The notes beneath the pieces were generated by a model. The model did not search any database. It was given only the letters and a program-made list of their open reading frames with translations, and was not told where the DNA came from. A stretch of 64,000 nt of DNA, taken from the NCBI GenBank assembly GCA_963666835.2, contig CAXXGO010000001.1, forward strand, positions 1,344,001 to 1,408,000, in the 5' to 3' direction. Of this stretch, positions 10,449 to 19,258 are shown in pieces (within the stretch, counting starts at the first letter, position 1; every line of letters begins with the position of its first letter). A program made the translations under genes and the position numbers. The stretch is from Phycisphaerae bacterium. Its GTDB lineage: Bacteria > Planctomycetota > Phycisphaerae > UBA1845.

Positions 10449-11372
10449 TCAGCCTCTGTTGTAGGTTACTCCGGCATCCTTCAGAGGAACATAGATGTCC
10501 GTCAACAGATCTTCGGGTCTGGTGCGTTGGGGTGAGTTGCGGTACACCTCGAAACAGCCGACCTCGCGCGGTTCCCGATCATGAGCGGGCAACCATACCC
10601 CCATCAACATTGCGTAAACCGCTCCTAACTGGTCGTACGGTCCGCGATGGGTTGCGATGGCGTGTTCACCTCCGCCGGTGGTCTGCGCACCAATCTCCCC
10701 CTGGGCGACGAAGTCATCGCCTACGCTAATACAAGCGTCGTAGCGGATCTTGTCGCTCGGAGTGACGTCCGGATCGTCGTGGCCGATGCCGAGTACTTTC
10801 GTATCCGGGCCGAACAGCCCGCGCGGCCCGGCCCAGGCCATCAGCTTCTGCCAGGCGGCCCCGGCGTTATCGTAAGGCCCGACGTGCCGGACGAAGGCCA
10901 CGCGAATCGGGTCCACCACTTCGATACGCACCGCGATCGAGTCCTCATCCGCACGGATCGGGCAAAAGCCGGTCAAGGCTCCGTCTGCCGAATAATGTAC
11001 GTTGCTCGGAGATTCAAGTAGCGGCACGCGGCGATGGGCTTCCCGAAAACCGGACGGAGATTCGTCGAACATCGCCCGAAACGATCGCGTGAACGACTCG
11101 TGGGTTTCATAGCCGGCATCGAAGGCGATTCGCGTGATCGGCTGATCGGTCACCTTCAGCCGATGGGCCGCCCGCTCGAGCCGCAAGCGGCGGACGTGCT
11201 CCTTGACCGGCTCCCCGACCATCCCGCGGAACACGCGATGGAAGTGGTACGGCGAGAAGTGGGCCAAGCCCGCCAGCTCTGCGAGGTCCAGCGCGTCGCC
11301 CAGGTGAGCCTGAACGTGAACAAGCACTCGCAGGATCCGCTGTTCATAGTCTTGTTGAGTAGCTGTCTTCAT
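10449..11372 (-). CDS. AraC-family transcriptional regulator with GyrI-like effector domain
   Basis: AHFSPYHFHRVF...RLRLERAA...IAFDAGY HTH plus C-terminal HRGPYDQL...FEVYRNSP...TDIYVPL; start taken at MKTATQQ. Confidence 0.92.
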   Translation of the reverse strand: MKTATQQDYEQRILRVLVHVQAHLGDALDLAELAGLAHFSPYHFHRVFRGMVGEPVKEHVRRLRLERAAHRLKVTDQPITRIAFDAGYETHESFTRSFRAMFDESPSGFREAHRRVPLLESPSNVHYSADGALTGFCPIRADEDSIAVRIEVVDPIRVAFVRHVGPYDNAGAAWQKLMAWAGPRGLFGPDTKVLGIGHDDPDVTPSDKIRYDACISVGDDFVAQGEIGAQTTGGGEHAIATHRGPYDQLGAVYAMLMGVWLPAHDREPREVGCFEVYRNSPQRTRPEDLLTDIYVPLKDAGVTYNRG

Positions 11373-11497
11373 GATCGTCTCAGGATAGCAACCTCGCGGC
11401 CGCCCGGCTTGACGGTTCTTGCGAATTCCGAACCGGCGGCGGTGCGTGTCGAGGAATCGGCCTTCGGGGCCCGCCAGCCAACCACCGGAGTACGTGA

Positions 11498-11662
11498 GGG
11501 CGGGTCTTATGACGAGGTAGCGTTCCACCGAGCCCACGGTGTTTGGGCTGCAATTGCCCGAGCGTGGCGGATCTTATGGCTCAAGGATATGAATGATACA
11601 CTTTGTCCGCCGCAATCGTCCGAGCCGGGCGGATCTTATGGCAAGATAGCGTTCCACCGGGG
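11498..11662. repeat. Three degenerate direct repeats GGCGG(A/G)TCTTATG(A/G)C between araC and tRNA-Val
   Basis: Copies at ~11498, ~11566 and ~11627; first and third extend with TAGCGTTCCACCG. Confidence 0.7.
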
Positions 11663-11719
11663 CTTGGTCCGGGTCGGGGGCCGTCAGCAAGACGGCGTCT
11701 TGCCAGCGGTAGGTGGGCA

Positions 11720-11748
11720 TTGACAGCCCGGCAGGCTTGAATTCTAAT
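11720..11748 (+). promoter_or_regulatory. sigma70 promoter of tRNA-Val
   Basis: TTGACA-N17-TCTAAT, 13 nt upstream of the tRNA. Confidence 0.75.
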
Positions 11749-11761
11749 GTCCCGCCGCTGA

Positions 11762-11835
11762 GGGCGATTAGCTCAGTTGGCCAGAGCGCCTGCTCGACAC
11801 GCAGGAGGTCACAGGTTCAAGTCCTGTATCGCCCA
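11762..11835 (+). tRNA. tRNA-Val(GAC)
   Basis: GGGCGAT/ATCGCCC acceptor stem, anticodon arm CCTGC-TC-GAC-AC-GCAGG, T-loop GGTTCAAGTCC; CCA not encoded. Confidence 0.97.
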
Positions 11836-14626
11836 GTTGTAAACCGCTTGTGAGGCAAGCACTTATGGCGGTTTTCTCATGCGCACTTGCTTTCCGGGAC
11901 TAGGCGCTTGAGGTTTCCATACCAGGCGTTCGGACCGCGTTTTCTGGTCCGTAGCGCGCGTGTTCTGCGGACCATTCGTGCGCTCGCCGCCTGCTGGTAT
12001 TAGCAGGCGTTTCTAGGCAATCGACTTCGCATCACCCGCTGGCCGTTCGCGACCGCCACGAGCGGCCAAACCGCCACTGCAACGGTCAACGCTGGGATCG
12101 GACGATTGGCGACGTTGCGTGCTTCCCTGCCTACCCATCGTCTGCCGGCAGTGGGGAGCCTGATTCTGCGTCACCAGACGACGTGTAGGCCTGGCCCGGC
12201 TGGTTCGGCATGTCCGGGTATCGCAGGCGCAGCAAGCCTTCTCGGACCATCGGCTTCAGAAACCGATCCTGGAGCCCGGCTGCTGCGCGCTCCATCAGCT
12301 CGGCAATGAGTGCCGCCGTGAGGTATCGGCCTCGGCACAAGGCTTCGACGATTTCCCGAGTCGTGTCCGGCGCCAGGCGACGCCCCTGGCGTGCGGGGGC
12401 CGCGATCCGACGCAGATCTTCCAGGACCTCAGGGGCTAGGTCGTGAAGCGCTCGCGGCGAGTTTCCCTGACAATCGCGCTGGGAGCCGGTCGCCTCATGC
12501 GGAGAGTCTCCGGGTTTATGTGGGGAGTCTCCGTCCTTATGTGGGGAGCCTTCGTTCTTATGTGGGGAGTCTCCCGTCTTGTGGGGGGACCCGTCCGGTC
12601 CGCTCCCCTGGACATCCCCAAGGCGATACATTGCGCCTCGTTTTCGCCCCTTCTGCACCAGAAAGCCGCGTTTCGCGAGGTGCTGCAGCATCTGCGTCAG
12701 AGCGGCAGGATGTTGGTCCGTGATTTCCCGCATGCGCGCGTTGGTCACCTGCTTCTCCGCGTGGGCCGTGACCAACGCTTGAACCTCCTGTTCACCCAGG
12801 CACTCGAACTCGCCGCCAAAGCGTCGCTTAAGGTCATCCAAGACTTCGTCGGGCATCAAGCTGACCATGGGCATCTCAAGTAGGACCCTCGACGGTCGAT
12901 CGCGTTCCTCAATGCGCGGGTCACGCCAGTGTTGCGATCGCCAGCCCTGTCGAATCTTGTCAATGCCGGAGCCGGCCTTCTCGGCCGCTCCGATCATCAG
13001 GAACATCGTCTGCAACGCTTTGTTGCGACACTCGCTGACTCCGCCCGCGAGCAGCTGGTCGTGCGAGACGAGCAACGTTCCTGGATTCGACACCTCGAAC
13101 CGATCACGGAACTTGTCGATGACGATACCGCCCTCGCCGCGGTAATCCGCATGGATCATGGCGTTAACCAGGGCCTCACGAATGGCTTCGTGGACGATGG
13201 TCTCGCCGCGACGGAACAGATCCGATTCAAGTTGAAACGGGAGTTTCAGGTCTGCCGCCAATCGCTGAACAACGCGGAGGTAGAACTGAAGAACATTGGC
13301 CTCCCAAGTGCCGTCCGCGTGCAACCGATCCGTCCATCGCACATCAGGATCGTCGGATAGGTGCTCGCGGTAGTCGACATGATACCCGGGAACCGCCTCC
13401 GGCAAGCGGACCACGTCCACTCTGCCGAACATTAGTAGGCCCGCTACCGTGAGCCCTTCTTGGTCGCTGTTTCGGTCCCTTCGCCAGCCGCCCAGTTTCG
13501 TCAAGAAGCCGGTCAGATCCTCACCCAGCCATGGATGCGTCGGTGTTCTCGCCGAGAAACGCTGCCGATACTGCTGGACGCTTGCTTCGTCCAGATCATC
13601 GAGCCCGAAACCCTCCAGAATCAGGGAATCAGCGGGCTCATCTGATCGGTCGGCCAGCATCCGGCTGACTTCCTGCTCTGAACAGTGATAATCCCCCTCG
13701 TAGTCTCGCCGATACGTCCCGATCAGCGGGTTCTGCCCGACATACACTGGCCGCTGCTGCCGCGTTGCTCTGGGAACCCGGATCACCAGCACAGACTTAC
13801 CGTTCCCGGGCTGTTCCGCGACATCACCATCGGTCAGCAGGTTGATGCTGATCTTGCCTCGGTTGTTGACCGTGTTCCAGAAGTCTTGTCGCATTCGACC
13901 CGGATCGGCGAGGCCGGTCACTTGGCCGTCCGATGCGACGCCCAGCACGATCACGCCGCCGTCCGTGTTCGCCATAGCGCTGTACGTTTCCCAAAGGCTC
14001 TTAGGCAATCCACCTTTGGCCGACTTGAACTCCAGATCGCAGTCTTCTTGCAGGTCAAGCGGTACGGAAGAAGGAGCTGGGTCCGTGGAACGTGCCATGA
14101 TCCGTGCGACTCCCTGCAAACATCGATGCTCTCGATCAGGCCATCACCGGTCGACCGCCACGCTTTCATCTCGATCGGGCGATCGGGTGTTCCGCGCAAT
14201 CCCCCGCCGATTGGGTTCGCATCATTGTGCGGTCCGGGAATGCCAATGTCCAGGCTGGCTCAGTGATAGTGTACACGCCCGGCGGCGCCGTGTTCCCGCT
14301 GCTACAAGCGGTGGGCGGTCGCGAAACGCCTGGGAGGCGCACACCCGGACAAGCCTGCGAAGGACTCGGGGCTTTGACGAGTTGACCGCAGCACCGTGTG
14401 TGGCAAGGTGCCCGTGTGCGAGATGGTAACGGGCGCATCCAAACGACCGGAACTTCGACTAGGCGCTTGGCTTGCACGGATTGCCGCAAATCAGCCGGTT
14501 TTTCCACATTAAGCGTCTAGTCAGAGTATTGCCTAACACATTGCACAACAGTAACTTACAGGACATATAGGGGTTGCTCGACACGCAGGAGGTCACAGGT
14601 TCAAGTCCTGTATCGCCCAGTTGTAA
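11791..14626. mobile_element. tRNA-Val-integrated islet bounded by attL/attR-like repeats, no integrase
   Basis: Perfect 52-bp direct repeat of the tRNA 3' half at 11791-11842 and 14575-14626. Confidence 0.85.
12131..14119 (-). CDS. Schlafen/AlbA_2 domain + HATPase_c_4 (RecG C-terminal-like) + winged-helix protein
   Basis: EDCDLEFKSA...YSAMANTDGGVIVLGV, IREALVNAMIHADY, SECRNKALQTMF, EKAGSGIDKI; contains a 7-aa GDSPHK-type tandem repeat. Confidence 0.88.
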   Translation of the reverse strand: MQGVARIMARSTDPAPSSVPLDLQEDCDLEFKSAKGGLPKSLWETYSAMANTDGGVIVLGVASDGQVTGLADPGRMRQDFWNTVNNRGKISINLLTDGDVAEQPGNGKSVLVIRVPRATRQQRPVYVGQNPLIGTYRRDYEGDYHCSEQEVSRMLADRSDEPADSLILEGFGLDDLDEASVQQYRQRFSARTPTHPWLGEDLTGFLTKLGGWRRDRNSDQEGLTVAGLLMFGRVDVVRLPEAVPGYHVDYREHLSDDPDVRWTDRLHADGTWEANVLQFYLRVVQRLAADLKLPFQLESDLFRRGETIVHEAIREALVNAMIHADYRGEGGIVIDKFRDRFEVSNPGTLLVSHDQLLAGGVSECRNKALQTMFLMIGAAEKAGSGIDKIRQGWRSQHWRDPRIEERDRPSRVLLEMPMVSLMPDEVLDDLKRRFGGEFECLGEQEVQALVTAHAEKQVTNARMREITDQHPAALTQMLQHLAKRGFLVQKGRKRGAMYRLGDVQGSGPDGSPHKTGDSPHKNEGSPHKDGDSPHKPGDSPHEATGSQRDCQGNSPRALHDLAPEVLEDLRRIAAPARQGRRLAPDTTREIVEALCRGRYLTAALIAELMERAAAGLQDRFLKPMVREGLLRLRYPDMPNQPGQAYTSSGDAESGSPLPADDG

Positions 14627-14650
14627 CCCCTTTCGAATAAAGCACTTATC

Positions 14651-14830
14651 GTGGGTTGGGCTCTGCTTAAGGTAGGTTGGGCTCCGCCCGACGCTGGGCT
14701 TCGCCCGTTCTTGAGGTGATCGCGCATCCGGGCTGATTAACTGCGAAAGCCAAGTAGGTCGAGTTCTGCCCCACGCTGGAGTTTGGCACTTAACTAGTCA
14801 ACGCAGCCAAGTAGGTCGGGCTCTTCCCAA
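14651..14830. repeat. Cluster of GTAG-type REP elements
   Basis: GTAGGTTGGGCTCCGCCCGAC (14672), GTAGGTCGAGTTCTGCCCCAC (14754), GTAGGTCGGGCTCTTCCCAA (14811); same family as the REPs flanking the RAYT. Confidence 0.85.
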
Positions 14831-15003
14831 TGGTACCAACCTCGTCAGGCAGTCGTGCGGTAATCCGTCCCGAAGGGGACGAAGGCATGTAGCCACGGGT
14901 GGAGCGAAGCGGAACCCGTGGGGCCGGTTCGCCTCCACGTGCCCACGTCCCGAAGGGCCGGAGGACGGTTTCAGGGATCGCCCGAAGGCCCGAATGGCCA
15001 CAG
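14810..15003 (+). repeat. ~195-bp REP-linked palindromic element, copy 1
   Basis: Aligns in inverted orientation with 61575-61770; core CGTCCCGAAGGG...AGCCACGGGTGGAGCGAAGCGGAACCCGTGG. Confidence 0.85.
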
Positions 15004-15465
15004 ACAGCGGACGATAGTCGGCTTCGGACGTGTTGCCACCGTGCCGCAACACGATGTTGCGCGCGTTGTTCGACCCACTTCGGGGTTGGTCTGAGAAGGG
15101 GCTTCGTGACCCCAGGCGGCACTCCGCGGCTGCGCCGCTCCGTTTGCCCCTGGGCTTTGATGGGTAGCGCGTTCGTCCCACTCCTGCATGGCGGCGGTTG
15201 CCGCCACGCACAGGGGGCAAAACCACATATCCACAACACCGCGTTTCCGCTGTTATCCGGCGTGCGACGGTCTTTCCCGCTTGACGAATCTTGGCGAATA
15301 CGCCGAGAACTCGGTATCATGCCGGGAATATCTGCTCGTCGCCGCGGCTACCTCGTTGTCCCGCTGGCAGCGTAGACGCTGGGGGGAATCGGCATGGATG
15401 TTCCCGGGCTCTGTTCGTTTTCTGTCTTCGAGTTTCTTGCCGAAACTGCTTTGAGGTAGATCGCG

Positions 15466-16059
15466 GTGCCCACGGTCCACATTCCAACCCGGTACTCGGA
15501 GAAAGTGACGGGCTCCACACGCATCTACCTCATGCTGCTGCCATTGGTTATGGGCACGCTTACCCTGGGCCTGGCTCAACTGGCAGTGCGGTGTGTCGCA
15601 GGAAAGGCAGCGTTCGCTCCGGCTGCGGCGGAGGTCCTGCGCTGGCCACTGAGCATGCGTGGTACATTGGGTGTGTCGTTCGCTTGGACTCTCGTTCCCT
15701 TCGTCGGCCTGACCCTCTGGATTCTCGTGCTGAGTAGGAAGCGGTTGCGAAGACAGTGCTTTCTGTTTCTGTGATGTGGATTGCTGGGGATCTTCTGCCT
15801 GTTGGTGCCGGTTTACGCCGCTTATTGGAGTACCATCTACGTTGGCGCACGGGTGGGACCGAACGACGGCATGATCTTCCTCTTCGTGCCGATCTGCGCG
15901 ATATTGCCCATGCACATCGGATTGCTCATCGCCGCCGTCATCGCGAAGTTCCGTTGGTTTCGACTCCCTCCGCCAGGCTACTGCAGCGCCTGCCGATACA
16001 ACCTCACCGGGAACGAGTCCGGCACCTGTCCCGAATGCGGGAGGGCGGTCTCCTCATGA
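15466..16059 (+). pseudogene. Multi-TM protein with C-terminal zinc ribbon (array member 1), interrupted by in-frame TGA
   Basis: ORFs 15466-15774 and 15781-16059 are in the same frame across TGA 15772-15774; GAGGT SD; ends CSACRYNLTGNESGTCPECG. Confidence 0.7.
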
Positions 16060-16619
16060 TCCGCAACATCATCCTGATCGGCTGTGTGCTGGGGGCTGTT
16101 GTCTATGCTGTTGCGTGGGTGGTTCTGGCCTTTCCGGTATCGACGGCGTCCTACTGGATATCTGAAGGCCGAAGAGTGGCCTTCCATCCGGCGCCCGACG
16201 GCAGCTCGATCTCATTGTACTTCGGAGCTAATCGATGGGTCCGCGGCGAGATGGAATGGTATTGGCGCCGGGACTACTGGATGAGTATCCGTTTTCGGCC
16301 GTATCGGTTCGGTGTTTCACTCTACGACTTCACGGAGGGTTCGAGCAACCTTACCTTCAGGTCGATGAGCTTCGGAGGCTTCAGTTGGGGGCAGAGTAAG
16401 GGGCGCGGGCGTATCGGTGAGAAGGAGTCCCGGAGGCTCGCGGTGCCAACATGGTTCCCGTTCGTTGTCCTGTCTGCGTACCCAACACTCGTATTTATCC
16501 GTGGTCCTGCGCGTCGTTGGCGCCGGAGAAGACGCGGCCTGTGCCTGACGTGCGGGTACAACCTGGAGGGGAACGTATCGGGCGTCTGTCCGGAATGTGG
16601 GTCGGAGATCGCGTCGTGA
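16056..16619 (+). CDS. 2-TM protein with C-terminal zinc ribbon (array member 2)
   Basis: ATGA overlap with member 1; TM-loop-TM-poly-Arg-CLTCGYNLEGNVSGVCPECG. Confidence 0.85.
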   Translation: MIRNIILIGCVLGAVVYAVAWVVLAFPVSTASYWISEGRRVAFHPAPDGSSISLYFGANRWVRGEMEWYWRRDYWMSIRFRPYRFGVSLYDFTEGSSNLTFRSMSFGGFSWGQSKGRGRIGEKESRRLAVPTWFPFVVLSAYPTLVFIRGPARRWRRRRRGLCLTCGYNLEGNVSGVCPECGSEIAS

Positions 16620-17233
16620 TCCGCAAGTTCCTGAGAGTGTTCCGCGTCGCTGTCATCGTCGGGTTGACGTTGGGGGCGGTTGCGTTTGTCGTCGTATGGG
16701 TGGTTCAGGCCTATCCCGAAGCAGCGTTCCATTGGGGCTCTGAGAACGGGAGGTTGCATGTTCTTCAGGCACCGCCTGTCAGTATGATCAGCCTGCATTT
16801 CGGAGACAAGCGGCAGGTCGGCCGGGGATGTCAGGCGTGCGTCCTGTCGGATCACGAGCTGGCTCTTGCGATCTGCCCAGATCGAGTCATTGTGGATTAC
16901 CTGAACCGTGTAGAGGATCTGAGAGGCGTGACATCCAGACGGGGTGGCTTCCGGAACTTCGGATGGGACAAGACGATCGATGGTCGCGGATGCGGCGGCG
17001 GGCCATGTGTGGAGCGGGGCGTCTACCTGCCGAACTACCTTGTGCTCGTCGCCTTGGTGGCCTATCCAGCACTCGTCTTCATGCGCAGCCCAGCGCGCCG
17101 CCGCCGCCACCACCGTCGCCACAAACGTGGCCTCTGCGTTGGCTGTGGTTATGAACTAACCGGCAACGTCACCGGTGTCTGCTCCGAGTGCGGCGCCGCT
17201 ATCGATCCCAAGCAGGCTGAGGCCACCGGATAA
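16616..17233 (+). CDS. 2-TM protein with C-terminal zinc ribbon (array member 3)
   Basis: GTGA overlap with member 2; ends CVGCGYELTGNVTGVCSECG. Confidence 0.85.
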   Translation: MIRKFLRVFRVAVIVGLTLGAVAFVVVWVVQAYPEAAFHWGSENGRLHVLQAPPVSMISLHFGDKRQVGRGCQACVLSDHELALAICPDRVIVDYLNRVEDLRGVTSRRGGFRNFGWDKTIDGRGCGGGPCVERGVYLPNYLVLVALVAYPALVFMRSPARRRRHHRRHKRGLCVGCGYELTGNVTGVCSECGAAIDPKQAEATG

Positions 17234-17238
17234 CCACC

Positions 17239-17727
17239 ATGCGGACCATCTTTCGGAAACGGCGATTCCTGAAGTGGGCGGGGTTGGTGGCGTGCGCGGT
17301 GATGATAGTTGCGTTCTTCGCATCCCCGTATTGGAACGTGTCCGGGCACATCGGGCCTTACCTTGCTGCAGTCAGTAATGGAGCTGTCTATGTCATCCGG
17401 TTTGAAGACTGGATCACACCTTTTTGGGGGGTTCGACGGAATCCCGGAGGCGAGCCGTATGTGTGGTGGCTTGACTACTGGCCGCCTGCCAGGTTCTCGC
17501 ATTGGTGCGCCGTGATACCGCTCTGGATCCCCCTGACGATAGTAGCCGTCCCAACGTTCTTGGCATGGCGGCGCGATCGCCGGATTCCGCCCGGTCACTG
17601 TGCGAGCTGCGGATACGATCTGACGGGGAACGTGTCGGGTCGGTGTTCGGAGTGCGGTACGCTCGTGCCCCAGCAAACAGCCTGCGGCGAGTCGATAGCC
17701 CGGTCTCAGGAGGATGAGAACAAGTGA
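17239..17727 (+). CDS. 2-TM protein with C-terminal zinc ribbon (array member 4)
   Basis: Starts 5 nt after member 3; IPLWIP TM then RRIPPGHCASCGYDLTGNVSGRCSECG. Confidence 0.85.
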   Translation: MRTIFRKRRFLKWAGLVACAVMIVAFFASPYWNVSGHIGPYLAAVSNGAVYVIRFEDWITPFWGVRRNPGGEPYVWWLDYWPPARFSHWCAVIPLWIPLTIVAVPTFLAWRRDRRIPPGHCASCGYDLTGNVSGRCSECGTLVPQQTACGESIARSQEDENK

Positions 17728-17871
17728 CCGCTGGAAGGGGTCGGTACACCGGGCGAGCGGGAGGAGAATCGGGTGTCATGGAAGGGTGGGATTCACGTGG
17801 CCTGGAGGGGTCTGGTGTCCCGCGAGTCACGCAATCGCTCGGAGGGATCGGCGATGATGCTCCCAAGCAAA

Positions 17872-17928
17872 GTAGGTCGGGTTTTGCCCGGCGCTAAAGA
17901 CAAGTAGCTCGGCCGGAGCCCGATCTAC
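17872..17928. repeat. REP doublet
   Basis: GTAGGTCGGGTTTTGCCCGGC followed by inverted TCGGCCGGAGCCCGATCTAC. Confidence 0.75.
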
Positions 17929-18142
17929 GGTGCTGGCAGCGGGCCCATCATTCTTGAGTGTGTCCTCGAGTCCGTCAGAAACCCCGCGATTGTCGAGTGG
18001 GGTGTCTGGTTAAGTGACACTTCGTGTTGCTTGAAGCCAACTCCAACGTCCGGTAAAATAACGTGCTCATTCTCCGCGCGATCTCGGAGGGGCGGGGTTG
18101 TCTTACCGGGTGCGTGGGTTTCATGTTTGGGGAGGGTCTGCG

Positions 18143-19258
18143 ATGTCGCGATTCGGTTGTGCTGCGGTGGTGTTCCTGATCGTGCTCTGTGCATCAAGCG
18201 TGCGGGCTGAGGTCGTCATCGAAACGGTGACCGTGGTGAATCCCACGAACGCGCCTGATTCGGAGATCATGGATGACTATACGACCGGTTATGGTGGTGT
18301 CAGTTACGCCTACGATATCGGCAAGTTCGAGGTAACGGCCGGGCAGTATGCGGAGTTCCTCAATGCCGTGGCAGAAGAGGATCCGTACGGGCTGTACAGC
18401 TTGTTCATGTTTTCGTCGAAGTTCGGATGCAAGATCCGGCGGACCGGGAGTTCGGGCAGCTATTCCTATCTGGTGGATGCCGACGAGGATGACGTCGAGG
18501 ACGCCGACTGGCTGAACCGGCCGGTTAACTACGTGTCGTGGGGCGATGCCGCTCGTTTCGCAAACTGGCTGCACAATGGCCGGCCAACCGGTGCTCAGGA
18601 TCCGAGCACAACGGAAGACGGGGCGTATCACCTCAACGGGGCCACGAGCGATGCCGAGCTGATGGCCGTTGCGCGCAGTGTGAACGCCACGTGGGTGATT
18701 CCGTCAGAGGACGAGTGGTACAAGGCTGCATACCACAAGAACGACGGCGTGACGGGAAACTACTGGTACTTTCCCACGGGCAGCAACAACATGCCGAGTA
18801 ATGAGCTGGTCGACCCGATCGACCCGGGCAATAACGCGACGTTCTACTACCCGGACATCTTCACCATCGACCGCCCTTACTATCGCACCGAGGTCGGTGC
18901 TCATGAGAACTCGGGCAGCCCATACGGCACGTTCGACCAGGGCGGGAACGTCCTCGAGTGGCACGAGACGGCAATCGCGTCGTATCGCGGTCTCCGCGGC
19001 GGGGCGTTCCGCTTCTACTTCAAGGATGCCGCTAATCTGGACGCGTCATACCGCGTCGGCAACAACCCGACGTACGAGAACGGCATCATCGGGTTCCGCG
19101 TTGCCCAAGTGCCCGGCGAAACCTGCGACGGACTGGACGGCGATGGCGATGGCGACGTTGATCTTGCTGACTTTGCGGTCTTCCAGGTCGGTTTCAGTGC
19201 TGGCGACCTTGCCGGCTACGCGGCTTTTCCCTATTGCTCCCGTGGGATTGGCGGATAG
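18143..19258 (+). CDS. Secreted FGE-sulfatase/SUMF1 (C-type lectin fold) protein with dockerin-like tail
   Basis: Signal peptide; IGKFEVTAGQY, RPVNYVSWGDAARFANWL, PSEDEWYKAA, FDQGGNVLEW, RGG...GFRV; DGDGDVDLADF tail. Confidence 0.92.
   Translation: MSRFGCAAVVFLIVLCASSVRAEVVIETVTVVNPTNAPDSEIMDDYTTGYGGVSYAYDIGKFEVTAGQYAEFLNAVAEEDPYGLYSLFMFSSKFGCKIRRTGSSGSYSYLVDADEDDVEDADWLNRPVNYVSWGDAARFANWLHNGRPTGAQDPSTTEDGAYHLNGATSDAELMAVARSVNATWVIPSEDEWYKAAYHKNDGVTGNYWYFPTGSNNMPSNELVDPIDPGNNATFYYPDIFTIDRPYYRTEVGAHENSGSPYGTFDQGGNVLEWHETAIASYRGLRGGAFRFYFKDAANLDASYRVGNNPTYENGIIGFRVAQVPGETCDGLDGDGDGDVDLADFAVFQVGFSAGDLAGYAAFPYCSRGIGG

Noticed and set aside
11498..11662. CRISPR array
   Set aside because: Only three degenerate repeats and no cas genes in the window
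14575..14619. Second tRNA-Val gene
   Set aside because: Lacks the 5' acceptor strand and D-arm; it is an att duplicate
15772..15830. Selenocysteine recoding of the in-frame TGA
   Set aside because: No convincing SECIS hairpin downstream and the context is a TM segment, not a redox motif
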